Part shown: in pieces, positions 25,690-39,355 of the stretch
Layout: the number at the start of each line of letters is the position of its first letter
How positions within the stretch are numbered: the stretch's first letter is position 1
Program-made: the position numbers and the translations under genes
Assembly: GCA_037447605.1 (NCBI GenBank)
Contig: CM074804.1
Coordinates: 3,201,909 to 3,265,908 of the forward strand
Origin: Zygnema circumcarinatum SAG 698-1b
Taxonomy: Eukaryota; Plantae; Zygnematophyceae
DNA: 64,000 nucleotides
Reading direction: 5' to 3'
Notes under the pieces: generated by a model
What the model saw: only the letters and a program-made list of their open reading frames with translations
What the model was told of the DNA's origin: nothing
The model's database searches: none

Positions 25690-26874
25690 ATGGCTCCCGC
25701 AGCGAAGAAAGCGGCTGTGGCAGGAGGCGTGAAGGGAAAGAAGAAGTCGGTGACGTATACAATCGACTGCGCCAAGCCGGTGGAGGACAAGATTATGGAG
25801 ATTGCCTCCTTTGAGAAGTTTTTGCAGGACAGGATCAAGGTGGATGGCAAGGCTGGAGTTCTCGGAGAGGAGGTGAAGGTCGTGAGGGAGAAGACGAAGA
25901 TCAGTGTCACTTCTGAAACTGACTTCTCGAAGAGGTAATTGCTGCTTCTTAGTGTTATTCACTGCAATGGACGTAGTGCCGCGTTGGCTTCTGCTGGTAT
26001 AGTGAGGTTGGCACGTTAGTTTGAATGCTTCTGGGTTTGTTGGGGACTTAGGGTTGACTTAGGTTTTGAATGTTATGAAAGGGGTGGGGACTGTCACTAC
26101 GATAGGTTAAGAACTCTGCATGCCTCGATGTTGCTTTCCTACTTTTAGGCCTCAAATTCATTTTTCACCTGCAAATTGTTTGTGCAAGAGTCATTCAATT
26201 CTATCAGGATAAGAAAATAAACCCTTAAAAAGCCATTGCACCTTCCTTACGGCACGTCATTTTCCCCAGTACATGTGGAACACGGCGCTCAGTAGTTATC
26301 TTCCTATGTACACTCATGTTGAACTCTCTGTCTATCAAGTTTGGCCAGCGTATGGCCTGGTCCACCAGCAGATATGTGGACTGTTTTAGTGAGGTGTGAA
26401 GACGCATTTTTGCAAACTGTCTGGAACTTTTCAATTCTTTAAAAGAATGTGTGGGAGGCTGGGGGAAGGGCGGGTGGCACAATATCATTGTCAACGTTTC
26501 AGAAGAGTTGAAAAAATAGGAGACGTTGGATTATTGCTATTCATTAACATAGTTATGAATATAGTTATTTTGCTGACATTGAAGACAAACTTCTAATTAT
26601 GCCGTTCAAGCTGCCCCGCAGTCATTTACATCTCTCTAGTCATCTGTATCATCAGTTGCATTTGGTGAGAAAGTAGGGTTGATTTGATTCCCATGGATGA
26701 CGTGGACTGGGATTTGGGACCTTCTAATGCAGATACTTGAAGTATTTGACCAAGAAGTACTTGAAGAAGCACAATGTCCGGGATTGGCTGCGAGTTATTG
26801 CCTCAAACAAGGACCGGAATGTGTATGAGCTCCGATACTTCAACATTGCTGATCAAGAGGGAGAAGACGAGTAG
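25690..26874 (+). CDS. RPL22: 60S ribosomal protein L22 (eL22), 2 exons (25690-25934, 26733-26874)
   Basis: [34 protein letters not shown]...FSKR spliced to [45 protein letters not shown] at 25580-25586 upstream. Confidence 0.98.
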
Positions 26875-27870
26875 AGGCTTTATTGGAATGGACGGGCATG
26901 GAAGTAGTTTAAAACCTGTATCTTTGCTGACCCTTTCAATCAAGTATACTTCAGCTCCTACAAATGAAGCCATCCTTCATGTTGGTCGATGATGTTAGAC
27001 TCTGTTATGTCAGTTTGGTGGTTGGTTGATGTCCTTTCCCCTTTTGTCATGAAGGCGAGTATGACAGGCCATGCCTTGTTCACAATGCGTAGCATATCTC
27101 TGGATTAGACTGTCTCGCGATAATGATTGGTGGAGATTGGAAGTGACTGTTTGTATGTGACAATCAGCCCGACTTCGTATCCAATCGACAGCTTTTGCCT
27201 GCGTGTGCATGGCAACCATCGTCAAGCAAGAGATACACATTTAGCATTATGGAATTTAGAATATTTTAGTCCTTGAGGTGGCTATTGGCGATGGTGTATG
27301 TGCACTGCCAAAAAGTAACTAATTTTATTAACAGCATAAGGAACGACTTGACACATAAAACTTTTTTGGTAACTGGCGATTAAGTGCGTGCCCTACTATT
27401 AGGGCAAACCTGTGCCTCTCGACCACGCCCTCTACGTGAGCGCACCACGTCACGTCACGGCCGGGGCCGGGACGGTGGCTGCTGACACGGAACTCCCATG
27501 TGGAGGCGAATAGTCCGTTTTGTCCGTACTGTAGTACTTTTTCCACGTACAGTACTGCTCAAAAAGTGCCCGCTGGGTGGGGACGGATGATGGGCAGAAC
27601 CAGAATCAGTACCAGTACCAGTACCGCGCTGCGGGCTCCGCGGCCGCGCGTTCCGACACCCACGCACGCGCGGACGTACTTGTTTCGTCCAGGCCCCACC
27701 CCCGCCCCCTCCCTGTAGCGAGGGAGGCATGGACTGCACGTTGCGCCCTGAGAGCGCACTCAGGCGTCCATGGCTTCCCTGCGCATCAACGTCGCTACTG
27801 CGCACCCTATTCCTTTCTTCGGACAGAGTGGAATAGTTTTGGCACGAAAGGCAGGATCGACAGAGTCACT

Positions 27871-30800
27871 ATGGATGTTCTCCAAGCGGCAGCAGTGGAG
27901 GAGGTGGCAGCAGAGGGGCCCTCAGGTGAGTCATTTTTTGGGTCATTAAATCGACTCCGAACAAGATTCGCATGCTCAACGTCTCAGCAGAGTTTCGCAT
28001 TATTTTCCTTACAAAATGAGGAGCTCCCGCAGAAGGTTCTGCAACCGGCTCACAACCGCTCGTCTGATCGGATGAATGTGCTCGTGTTGCAAGCAGGCTG
28101 CTACCTTTCCTCCCTGTGGACATTGTTGGAATCGAATTCAGCAACCGCAGAGCTGCCCCTCGATTCTGCGGTGAAGCAGTCACTTTGGCAGCACCTCTGC
28201 CACTTGTCAATCATACATATTGCGGTCGAAGTTCAGCTTCCTGGATTACACCCTTTTCGTCCTGAAAGGACTGATGGCCAGTCAGTCGATTTCAGAAAAG
28301 GACTTCCGCAGTTGTATGCTGTACCTAACGACCTTCCCTCTGTCCAGTCAGCAGAAAACGCGGAGACCCTTGGTGGTGCAGGAGTTATTCTGTTGGCCTC
28401 TCAAACAGCACAGGACTGCGCTGTGGGTCTGTATGATCATATGTTTAGCGATCATGGTTTCAATCCTATCATGCGAGAAACTCTACAGCGACTAGCGAAA
28501 GCAAGGTGGGACACAAGCACGTGTTCTCTTTTTTTGACAGTTTTTGAAGATGCAGCGATTTAATGCCATCAGGATCCTGGTTTTGGTCCACTAACGAATT
28601 AAGTTGAGTTCTTGGCGGCAATGGTCAAATTTTCCCGCATGTCAAATGAATGGCCACGGCATGTCAAATGAATGGCCACGGCATGTCAAATGACAAACTC
28701 TTCAATATTGGATCTCACCATCTTTCTCCTCTCCTTACAGACGTAGTGTAGAAAAAAATAAAGGCATTAAGATTGTTTACTACACAAAATTGTGATAACT
28801 TAAGTGCTGAGGGAAAAGAACTGTGAGTGGTTGGATAGAAGGGAGAACATCTTTCTTCCATCTGAATATTAAGAACTTTCTTCTGGTTCGTGTTAACTTT
28901 TGTTCAAACGAGTTTAGAAATTAACTTGTAGAAGTTATTCCCGCTCGTCGCTCGGCGCTGGCATTTTCAATTGTTGAGTCATTCTGAGTGTTTTACTTAT
29001 TATGCTGGAGGCGGAATGTTGGAGCAAAGAATTTACTCCAACTTAAAATCTACTTATTCATCTACTTTATCTATCTCCAACTTAGTACTTGGCCATCATG
29101 GATGACAAGGTTGAATCCCAGAATCAAGCATTTGGGTGCTGTCAGATAGATTTTAGAACGCCGCAAAATCATTACACTCCTCTTCTTTAGCTGGCTTTTT
29201 CGTTGCTTGTCCAGTCCAAATCTTTCTCCTAGTCTTTTTCCTGCTTAATAATAAAGCTCTTGAACAATTGTTGTTGTTGTACTAACAATAGTCTCGTGCT
29301 CTGCTTCAGTACTTTTTCCGGATTGGAAATGTACTGTCAAGAGTTTTGGCAGACTGCAGACTAATGTGATTATTTGGAAGTACATTTTCTCAGTTGGAAC
29401 CAACCAGAGACTGTTCTTTGAGGCATGCAGAGCAAAGGGCCTTGTGCAGGCCGATCTTGCAAAGGCACTCGGCGTGAGCAACAACAATTATTTCTATGTT
29501 CTGCGCAGCCTTGAGACACGAGGGCTCATCGTTCGCCACAATCTTGTCGTGCACTCGCACACCGGATGGCACCATAAGCAAACCAACATGTTGCATCTTG
29601 CTCGATATGCAGAGGATGTGGCACTAGAGGCTAATCAAAGGTTTGAAATACCTAAGGGGCCTTCGGCAGAGGCGGAAGATGAGACTGACGGGGCACCGTT
29701 GACTGTCCATGATGATTTGCCCGCTATGCGGGAAATCTGCAAACTTCTTGATGAGGCGCAAGGCAAGGTGCTTACGTCCTTAGCTTTTTATGATCAGAGT
29801 GTCACAGTTTTCATAGGTGATGAGGCACGGCGGGAGATAGGCTGCAAATCTGGTTCGAACATCTTTCTGACCCTTCATTTTTAAGAGTGAATCTAGTGAA
29901 ATCAACAACAGATGCAGCAATATGGGCACAGGTTGCCAGTGAAGCTGACAGCCTAATGTTTTGTTACAGCTTTGTACGAGTTGGCTAATGCCTTGAATGG
30001 AGGGGGATGCAGGTGCTTGTACGATCTGAATTGAAGGTCAAACTAAATTATCGCCATGCTAAAGGTCACCGAGCTTGGCGGCGGGTATGACCAGCAGCTC
30101 TGTTCCCAATCCGCTTGGGAAAAAAGTCCAACTGTCGTTGAAGTTACAAGATGAAAGCTTCGTAAATGCTACTTGGATATGTCAACTGTAATGATTGCCA
30201 CCTGGCTTCACTGACTCTCGAGGGATTTCGTGTATGCAGCTGCAGAAGAGACTTGAGGCGGCTAGTCTGGTGGAAGTCTTCAAAGCTAATGTGGACGGCA
30301 AGGTACTCCCTTCCTCGGGACACTGCATGAAAATATCAATGCACACTATTTGGATTGTGGAACAGGTTGCTGCTTCTTTCAGTGGCTTTGCTACCTGCAG
30401 TCATGGTTTACATCTTATTTTCTCAAATTTGACACACGGAGAAAGTGTTCTTCGGAGTGATTGCTGGTAGTGGACATGTCCGAATCATTATCGGAAGAAT
30501 TCCTTCACAGGAGGCTCGCTGAGCAGGCAAAGTCGGCGGATTTCTTGCAAGAATTCAAAATTGCAAGTAAAAATGGCTTGGAGTATGTGCGTTAGTTGGG
30601 AACTTGGAACTCCTTCGCACTGCTGTTTCCAGATTTTCATTCGTTACCCCCTAGAGCTCCATCTTGTGCCTAAGAAGGGATTTTTGCGCTATTTGTTCTC
30701 AAATAGAAAAATTTATATCTAGTGGGAGCACTCATATTACGATTCCGCAGTCCATGCCATCGACCGCCAAACTCTAGGTTCTTCTTTAACCTTGTGCGTT

Positions 30801-33800
30801 GTAGATTGATCAATGCCGTGTTCCTGCAGGTTGTCGATTGCATCAAGTTGGTCCGTCCTTTTGATGGAGAAATGGAGCCAAAAACTGAAGAGGAGACAGA
30901 AGGTGGCACAGTACGACGTGGAGAAGCGACAGAACTTGTCGCTGAACTTCCACTTGAGCGTCAGATATGGGCTATGGTGCATCAGACAGGGCAGGAGGGT
31001 GTCTTTGCTCCGGAGGTGAACATGCGCCTCCCTCCACTCGTTTTCCAACGAATGAATCTGTTGTTGTGGCTCAGCTGTTGCATTCCAAGGTCATTGCATA
31101 AACTGCATATGTTGCACACATCCTACCTGAAGGGCACAATGCCATACCTTTTAGTCCCGGACCTACAACCGTTTGTACTGATTCTTGAACTGATGGTGAG
31201 GTGTGCGATTGATGCCACTTTCCTGCAATGGTGCAGGTGTGGAAGCGATTGGGGATCGACTGCAAACGCTATCACTATCTTTTAGCCAGCTTGGTGAAGA
31301 AAGGCTGCCTAACCACAGAGGTTGATAATGCAAACAAGTCGACGATCTACCGCCTGCGCTCGACCAGCTTGCCGGATGCCTCCCCAGAGGCGACAGTGCT
31401 AGGTGATGCTGAAGATGCTAGATATGTAAAAAAAGAGAAAGTTTGTATTCTTGGAGCAAAGTCGGCAACTCCCGAAGGTGCTACTTGCAGAACGGAAACT
31501 TCGGAAGCAGGCGATCTTCAGTTGCTAGCATCACCAGGTGATTGGCAATTTGAGGAAAGGAAGGATAGTGTCCTAGGAAAAGACTCACCTTCTGTTGCTT
31601 CTATGGTTAGTTTTAGACCGACTGAGAGTGTCATAGATACCCCTTCCAGTCAACTCGGTGTTCTAGAAGCTCCGGGAAGGGGGCGGCGTCCGCACTACCC
31701 AATGAATAAGAAACGACTGCAGCACCGTGAACGGCTGGTCATGAATCTCCTTCAGGTTCGTTTTGTATCTGCTTTTCCTTTTCCAGCCTGAAAATTGTTA
31801 CCGAGGTCCCACCTTGCTGTCTACTTGCCCTTCGCTTTTGTCTCAGTTGAGTTATTGATTTAATCCTTTTTAAAATTTACTACCTTGCATTTGTGTTTTG
31901 GGTCGTTCATACTTGCTCAGCCCACTGAGATCAAGGGTGGGATTGCAGGAACGACCATTTGTAATTGTGCATGAGCTACAGGCGTTGCTTCAGTCCACGC
32001 AGCCTGCGAAAGCTCAAAAACAGAAAGTGGATCGAAAAACAGTAAAACGGGTACTTCTTAGCCTCCAGGAGCAGGGCCTTGTGAAGCTATTGAAGGTATT
32101 TGTTCCGGGCGCCACCAATGGAGGAAAGGATCGGTCCGTTGATTTGCTGCTTCTTCCTTCCAATGTTTTCACTCCTGATCTCCTTGAGGATGTTCATAAG
32201 TGTATTCGAAGATTGGAAAGGGAAGCAAGGCCGGGCATTCCTCGGCAGCGTCTAGAAGGTAGCCCCACTGCAATGCCAGTGCTTTCCGGCCTTCAACGGC
32301 TTCCGGGATCAAGGGAAGTAGATAGATTGGGGAAGATGCGGGAGCGAGAGAGGTGGCTCTCAGCTGAGGACCCCTTTGGCATCCTTCAAAAGAACGGCTA
32401 TGTGATGGCACGCATGATCCGTGTGCGTCTTTGGCATCAGTTCCTCTGGCAGTATGTCACTTCCAGCAGGCAGTTTCTTCGTGATGGTAAGAATCCTCCA
32501 GGCAGATGAGTATGATCCTCCAATGACACGTTGATGTTCAGGTCTGTTGGGGACCACTAGGGCATGCGTGAAGGCAGGGGGGGCTTCGATTCATCAAGCA
32601 TGATTGGTTCACCAATTTGGAGCTTTTTACCGATAGTGTTGAGAGAACGACTACTCGACTTAACGACGAGAGATTGAATTGCAATTCGGAATAATGAGTC
32701 GAAGTAATTCTGGACTGTGTCCAATTGAAGAATTGCCCTCTCCTCCGGGTGCAGGAACGGGTCACTTTCAGGTGCATTCTGCAATGCTGGCAATGCCCCT
32801 GCGGCTGTTCCTGCAGATTATAGGCAGCCAAATCGACTTGGAGGACCTCCTTGAGCGCAGCCCACAGAACCTTTCTCTCGCAGATTTACCCCCCCGCCGT
32901 CGTTCATCCCTCCTGGATGGACGGGCTAACAGTCACGTCTCTCAGCTCCTAGATGTTTTGCGCCGACTTAAGGTATGCCTCTGCCTGATGTTGGGAGTCG
33001 CAGTTGTGTAAGAAGTCGAGCTCAACTCTTTCAGCGAAACTTGTATTAGAGCATAACGTCATGTTCAACCTTGTCTCACTGTCTGGCCACTTGACATCAT
33101 TCAAGTTCGCTATGCTGATCAGAACTGGAGCTGTATGATGCAGTTGGTACGCCTTGAGATAGATCAAGGGCCTGTTTTTGAAAGCAAGATGGAATGGCAC
33201 CATCCTGAGCAGCCGCACTCGGGTGCTGAAGCGACGCTTGTGTTTGTTTTAGAGGGGCGACCGTACATTGAGGAGCCTGCAGGGGGTGGGGCAGTTAGAA
33301 GGATTACATTTGACCTGTCTCTTGAGGAAGGCATGGCGAGCTATTGGAGCACTCTGGAGTTTGTTTATGCCAAATTGGAGCAGGGGCAGGCGAGAACCAC
33401 GTTTCCTGGCAATGTTGTTCGTGAGGTAGGCAGCTCGCAGTCTCCTTTTTGCCAGGTTTTCTTAATTTCCAACTTGTTTTTCTTTTTCTGTTTTTTTTTT
33501 TCCAGTTAATCTGGACTTAACAGAAGGTTTTTGCTGGCGTAGAATGGGTATTCTCAGTGATCTGGAATCTGATTGTTTCTTTTCCGTTTTGGATACGTGT
33601 GGTGGTGATGGCAGCTTTATAGTGTCCGCGCATGGTGTTCGGATCGAGTGATGACATGGGAGCAGCGTCGGAAGCTATTGCAGCGCCTTCAGGAATTGAA
33701 CTCCGATAGTAAAAACAATGCAGCTGAATGCGGCAGCATTGCTAGCGATTTAGGCCTCAGCTTGAACCAGGTCGACAATCCATACAACTTACCCCAAATT

Positions 33801-36800
33801 TACCCTTTTCAGCTGTCCCTTAGAGACTTTGCAGCAGCGATAACTTAAGAATTGAGAACTTGAGACTAGCAAGCTAGATGGGTTGCAAGCTTGACTCAGC
33901 TTTGGGCTCCGCATGTGCAGGTGGTGAGCATGATGTATGCGCGGAATTCGAGGATGCGTCTGCAGACCCTTCAGCGTGCACAGGCATTGCCAGGCCCTTC
34001 TCGTCGCAAATCACTTCCAGCTCCAAGAGCAGTGAATGCAATGGTGCCACATGTGAAGCCACAAAAGCATCCTCTCGAACAGGAGACGCAGACCATGGAG
34101 TTGGAGAGAGAGCCGCCGCATGTGCAGGCATACAAGCGGCAACGCACTCACGCGCAGCAGGTAGCCATGAAGGAGCATAGAGCAGACTCGGAGGTCCCAA
34201 CGGTCCTTTCCCTCACTCGTGCTTTGGAGGAAGAAGACCGGCGCAATGCTAGTTATGTTGTGAAACAGCGGGCCAAGCGGGTGCAGTGGACAGAGGCCCT
34301 GGACAGGTGCGTGTATGGCCTGTTAATTGCCATTCGCTACTAATCGCAGATCTTTTCATTATTTAGAGATTTGACTTGAACACGGAAACTGAATGGCTTG
34401 TGAGGTGAGGTTTCAAACCGAACTCCATCAAAGCACAATATGAATAGTGAAGAGTAAATACCTGATGATTGTGCTTTATGTAAGAGAATCAAAATGCAGC
34501 ATGCGAAGTGCCTAAAAGGACATAGGATAGGTGTATTTTGAGTAGAAATGAATTGTCCGTTTCAAGTCCGATGACTGCAGTTCTTCGTATGAGTTAGTTC
34601 AAGAGTTGCGGTAGACTGGTTATCCGTGCGCTGGGAATAATGGGCGGGAATGATGGGGATATCTCGTTCCCTCAGGGATTTGGTCATTCTTTATGGAACC
34701 TTCCGCTCACAGCACCCACGCATGCAATGGCACCATCAGAAGGGCCTCCCCTTTGGCCCACAGGTATGTCGCCGCAGAATGGCAGCGCTGCGCATGGATG
34801 GCAGAACACGCCATGCGGTGGCTGCTTTGGTGGCCCTGCTTACGCGGAGGTATTGCCTTTGGAGGGCGTGCTCTGAACGCAGCAAAGAGCAGGAGGTATC
34901 TGCACCATGTCAGGAAGTTGCTGCACAGCCATGTGTTCGAAACACAGCAGATGGGTCCGAGCAGCAGTCTCTTGAGGGGGCTGAAACAGATAGCACAGCA
35001 TCAGCTGCCTTTAGGGCTGAAGCAGGTGTTTCTGAGAAAGCAAAGAAGGCAGCCCTCAAGTGGAGCGAAGATTGGGCATGGGATGACCCTAACCAGCCGC
35101 AGGTCGCTGCCGCATTAGCTGCTGTTATGACAGCATGGGCCTCTGCACGGCCCTGGAAAAGCCGACCAGCGCGCAAAAAGCGATCCATTCCAGGTTCAAC
35201 GCGAGCAACGAGTCTCTCTCCCCTCGGGGAAGAGAGAGAAGCTCATCTGGAAGAAAGTGGCTCAAAGCAAGGCAACGGCACTGAAGTGGTGAATAAAAAG
35301 CAGTCTGGCTATGCAGCCGGACTTCATAAAGCTGTGACGGATGAGACAGTGCGGAATTCTCCTCGAGCTGCAGCTGCTGTAGAGCTGATCAAGGCACTGC
35401 TTCTGAACAGCACTCCTGAAGGGCAGTATTCGGAGCTGCTTGTGGCCGGTCTTCGCCGCTTAGGAGACGAACATGTAGTGGCTGCTTTTGAGTACCTGCG
35501 AGAGCGTGAGCTTGTGGTGAGCTCCCCTTCTTTTCCTTTTACACAGACAGAACGACAACCCCTTCGAGAACTGATGTCGTGGCATGTGCTTTGATGTAGC
35601 TTACTGCTTTATGGCGGCTAAGCAGGGCATGGGTCTCGGCGGAGAACTGCAGGTTGCAGGTCGTGGGGTGCGTCCTTTCGCGGTCTCTCAGAGGATGTTG
35701 GAAACCGCCACCTTCATGCCGAGTTGTGGGCGAGATGCCCATGCCTGCCTTGCATGGCTGGCAGAGCATTCTGCTCAGGCCCTCCATGGCTGGTTGCTGC
35801 TCCCAACAGAGCAGCGGTCGGGACATCTGCTGCAAGTTCTCTCCCTGCTTGCAAGTGAAGAGGTTCTTGCAGCACCTTTCTTGCCAAGTGTAGGATTTGG
35901 AGAGTCTTTGGAAGGGCCGCAAAGGCGGGGCAGTCGTGGGGAGCATCTCGGGCGGAGGATTCGGGGCTTTCCCAACCTTCTGGTAGGCATACAGAGGCAG
36001 GTGATGGGTATGGGGGAAATGCTCGCACTTGCAACTGACGGAAGGGAAACAACCGAAGGGGAAGCGGCTGTTGGAATAGGTGTTGACGATGGCGTCGAGG
36101 GCCTGAATGATTCTAGGAATGGAGATGAACAGGAGTGGGAGGAAGAAGATCAAGAAGAGCAGGAAGTAGACAGTACGAGAGGCTTTGGCTCCGATGAAAC
36201 TCTAGCAACAGCAGCGGAGGGTGTGCAGGAGGGAGAAGAGGAGGGGACTGGTGTAGGGCCCATGGAGAGGATAAGTTGTAATGCTCCTCAAAGAAGTGAT
36301 GAGTCGGAATCTGAAGCTGTGGCGCGTAGGTCCACGCTAAAGGAAACTCCTTCAGCAGAGCCCTCTCTGACTCACAGTAGCAGTTCTGAAGAGCAGTTGA
36401 ATGCTGTGGTAAAGACTGTCATTGAGGCAGGTGAACATGGGCTGACATTTGAGGAGCTGGCATCAGCAATTTTCAAGACAGGTATGATGAAGCGCTGATT
36501 TTTCTCCAACAAATGGAAGCCAGAATAATACTGGCGTTCCTGTCTGTCCCGTTTCTGCTGTCTTCAACGATAGTGGTCGTATCTATATTCATACCTGCGA
36601 TCGACAGCTATGGTCTTGCCTATTTCGCAGGATCAACATCAAATCAACAGTCTTATCTGCTGAGTGACATTATCATGAACTGCATATTTTCATGCCATTC
36701 ACTCAACAAAAAGTGCTCTGATCATCTGTTCCTTTCTAAGGCTTCCTTTCCACTGTTATAACAGTTATGTGAAACGTGTACGAACTTTGTTGTCACCGGT

Positions 36801-38331
36801 ATCCATCTCTGTAGATCTGTACATAGCTTTACATTTTTCACCCGTAAGAGGGGAACTCTAGGCGGTGTTGAATGAACGCCTATGTAGCCCATAGGATGAA
36901 GCCCCGGCGGGCATATGAGACAAAGCAGCAGCTTTCAGTAGTGAGGACACGACTCAATTTACACCGGAACGCTTGCACTTTCATGCTGCAGCTACTTGCA
37001 AAGGTGATTTGGAGGAGCTCGTGAACATTCTGGAAGGGCAGGACAAGTTGCGGAAGGCAAGTCAATAAACGGAAACTGCTGTTAAACAAGGGAAGGAGGC
37101 TTGAAGTCTTCAACTATTTTGAGGGATGGCAAGCGAGAAAATTGCTCCTTTTTAGTCTGTCTGACACTCGAAAGTTTTTGGAATTCAGGTGAACGCATTC
37201 AACGAGGTTCGATTAATGTCAAGTCATCATGCTGCTTGCTTTTTCCTGCAACCTCACTCTATTACTGGAGCTTCAACTGGTGGATTCGCAGCTGGTGGTC
37301 AGCATGGAGGAGACTCTACCTTGACTTTAACATCTCCTCAAGGTTTCAGAACAGGGACCCTGCAGACGGGACTTTCTTGTCAACAACTAGGTCCAACAGG
37401 AGAGAACAGAGATGTTTTCTCTGAAGCTATGGCAGAGGGAGGCTCTTCCTCGGCTCCTCACTTAGAAACAAGCCAAGGACACGTATTCACTGCGGAGCTT
37501 GTTCCAATTCGGCCATGGCTGGGTTGCAACGGAGAACTTTGTGGGCGTGTTTTGGAAGGCTTTCGACGTCGGATCCTTCACACAGTCCTGTTCAAACCTG
37601 GCATTCCTGAGGTGTGTTCCACTTTTGAGTGGTAGGTAAATGTTTTATGTCTCAGCTGAACCTGGCATAGTCGATAGGAGAAAATGCTCTGTGTCTGAAC
37701 TTACAATGAATCTTTTCCTTCGCAGGAGCAACTCATCGACTCCATGGACACGGTCACTCCTCAGGTGCTTTCACATCATGTAGTCGTTTCTGTCAATGTT
37801 TCGCCTCTGGTTTACTTCCAGAACAGTCATTTACGTCTTCTTTCCCATGTTTTCCTATAGGGAACTTCCTCTTGCACGGAATGAACAAATAGTCGCTAAA
37901 CTAAGAAAACGACCTCTAGCACAGTCTCACTTCACGTGTTCTAAATTGACGCTACAAAAGCGTGAAATCCAGAGCTGAAGGTCCTTTGCAGGCGGTTCCT
38001 AGGGTTTGACAGATAGTCAGTTGTCTTTGATCACTAAATTTGTATGCAATTTTGCAATTTGTATTTCGATGCAACTTTCCGATTTTTTTTGCTCCCGAAG
38101 GCAAGTCTGTCGATAACATTTTCTTCGAGTTGGACTCTCATTCTCAGTTCCTTGTCTCCTTTGCAGTCCTGCCGTGACCTTCTCCAAGCGCTTGTCCTCG
38201 ATGGCAGTCTCAGAGTGCGCACAGCCTTCAATCAGAGGCCCTCCTCTCCCTTTCAATCGAGGAGAGGCTGCATAGCGTTTCAGAAGAGCGTCCATTACTT
38301 TGTGAATCCTGCAGCGACACATATTTTGTAG
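27871..38331 (+). CDS. GTF3C1: TFIIIC B-block-binding subunit (GTF3C1/tau138-like), large multi-exon gene
   Basis: MDVLQAAAVEEVAAEGPSG/CYLSSLWTLL N-terminus, winged-helix GLVQADLAKALGVSNNNYFYVLRSLETRGLI, KGHRAWRR, VDRKTVKRVLLSLQEQG, NGYVMARMIRVRLWHQFLW, PWLGCNGE...ILHTVLFKPGIPE, and terminal SCRDLLQALVLDG...HYFVNP (stop 38331). Confidence 0.88.
28637..28693. repeat. 22-bp tandem repeat (~2.6 copies) in a GTF3C1 intron
   Basis: GCATGTCAAATGAATGGCCACG at 28637 and 28659, partial copy at 28681. Confidence 0.9.
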
Positions 38332-38937
38332 GGGACAAGCGTGGTTGGACCGGCATAGGAGTATGAAGGTAGTTCAGGAATTTTGTATTGTAGTTTTTGT
38401 GCAGCGGTATGGAATCATGGAGATGAAATCAGAAATGTCCAAGTGGTTTGCTACAACTTTCCGTGTTCTCCATCAATTTGGTTCAACTCGGTTGGCGGTC
38501 CAGTAGTCCCGGGTACCGTCCAGCGATCATTTGGTGTTGTAGGGAGAAAATAGCAGTGATCTCACGATGGCGAGGCCATCAAATGTACATGGACAAAAGC
38601 AGCATGAGGAACCACGAGGGACTGGTCGCAAAGAACCTAAGCACAAAAGAAAGAAGCTAAGAGCGGTGCGGTGTTGTGGGGTTTGCAGCATGATACTGAT
38701 AGAAAATATTCTATTTGCTTTTATTTATTTACTCATTTTATATTGGTCCTTGTGTCGTGTCTTCCTCTGTTAGTTTTCTGTTTTTTAGGTTTTTAGTTCT
38801 TTATTGTATCCCTTCGGAATTTCAGTCGAATTGGGGGAGTTGTTTTTCCCCTTTTTTTTCTCTTTTTCTTTATGGTCTTTCCATTTTAGGTCTTTTTGTC
38901 TTTGAAATCAAAACGTCGCAATAGTGCATAAATCCTT

Positions 38938-38959
38938 AAAAAAAAAAAAAAAAAAAAAA
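38938..38959 (+). repeat. Poly(A)22 tract ending a T-rich segment
   Basis: 22 consecutive A residues following ~280 bp of T-rich sequence. Confidence 0.95.
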
Positions 38960-39355
38960 TGAGAAGGAAATACAATATTAATCACAACTTAGGACTTAGA
39001 GCCTTTTTCATTCTCCATTTTATATTTTTTAGTTGCAGATCTGTGATCACCAACCAACGGAAGGAGGCGCAGGTGCGAGGGAAAGGTTTGGGATGTTCGT
39101 AGGTGATGGACTGTAGTAGTTGAGCATTATGAAACGTAAACATCACATTCATCTGAGAATGACGCGGCATACTTATCTGAAACAAAAAATAATGAATAAA
39201 AAAAAATCCTTTGTCCTAGCTAAACGAGTCAAAATTGGATTCATCTCCCTTTTGAGACGCACTCTTCTCCCTCATTCTAACCCTACACCCGGGGGTGTAG
39301 CTTCAAAATCGAACAACATGTTTCTCTTTGTACATTTATTTACATTGCACCAGGT

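Noticed and set aside
2275-26732. Intronic snoRNAs in the RPS2 (2275-2713) and RPL22 (25935-26732) introns
   Set aside because: I saw no sense-strand RTGATGA...CTGA pair with a terminal stem and no convincing H/ACA two-hairpin layout. A covariance-model search would be needed.
38017-38322. Minus-strand 101-aa ORF as a separate gene
   Set aside because: It is antisense to the terminal GTF3C1 exon, which explains the sequence.
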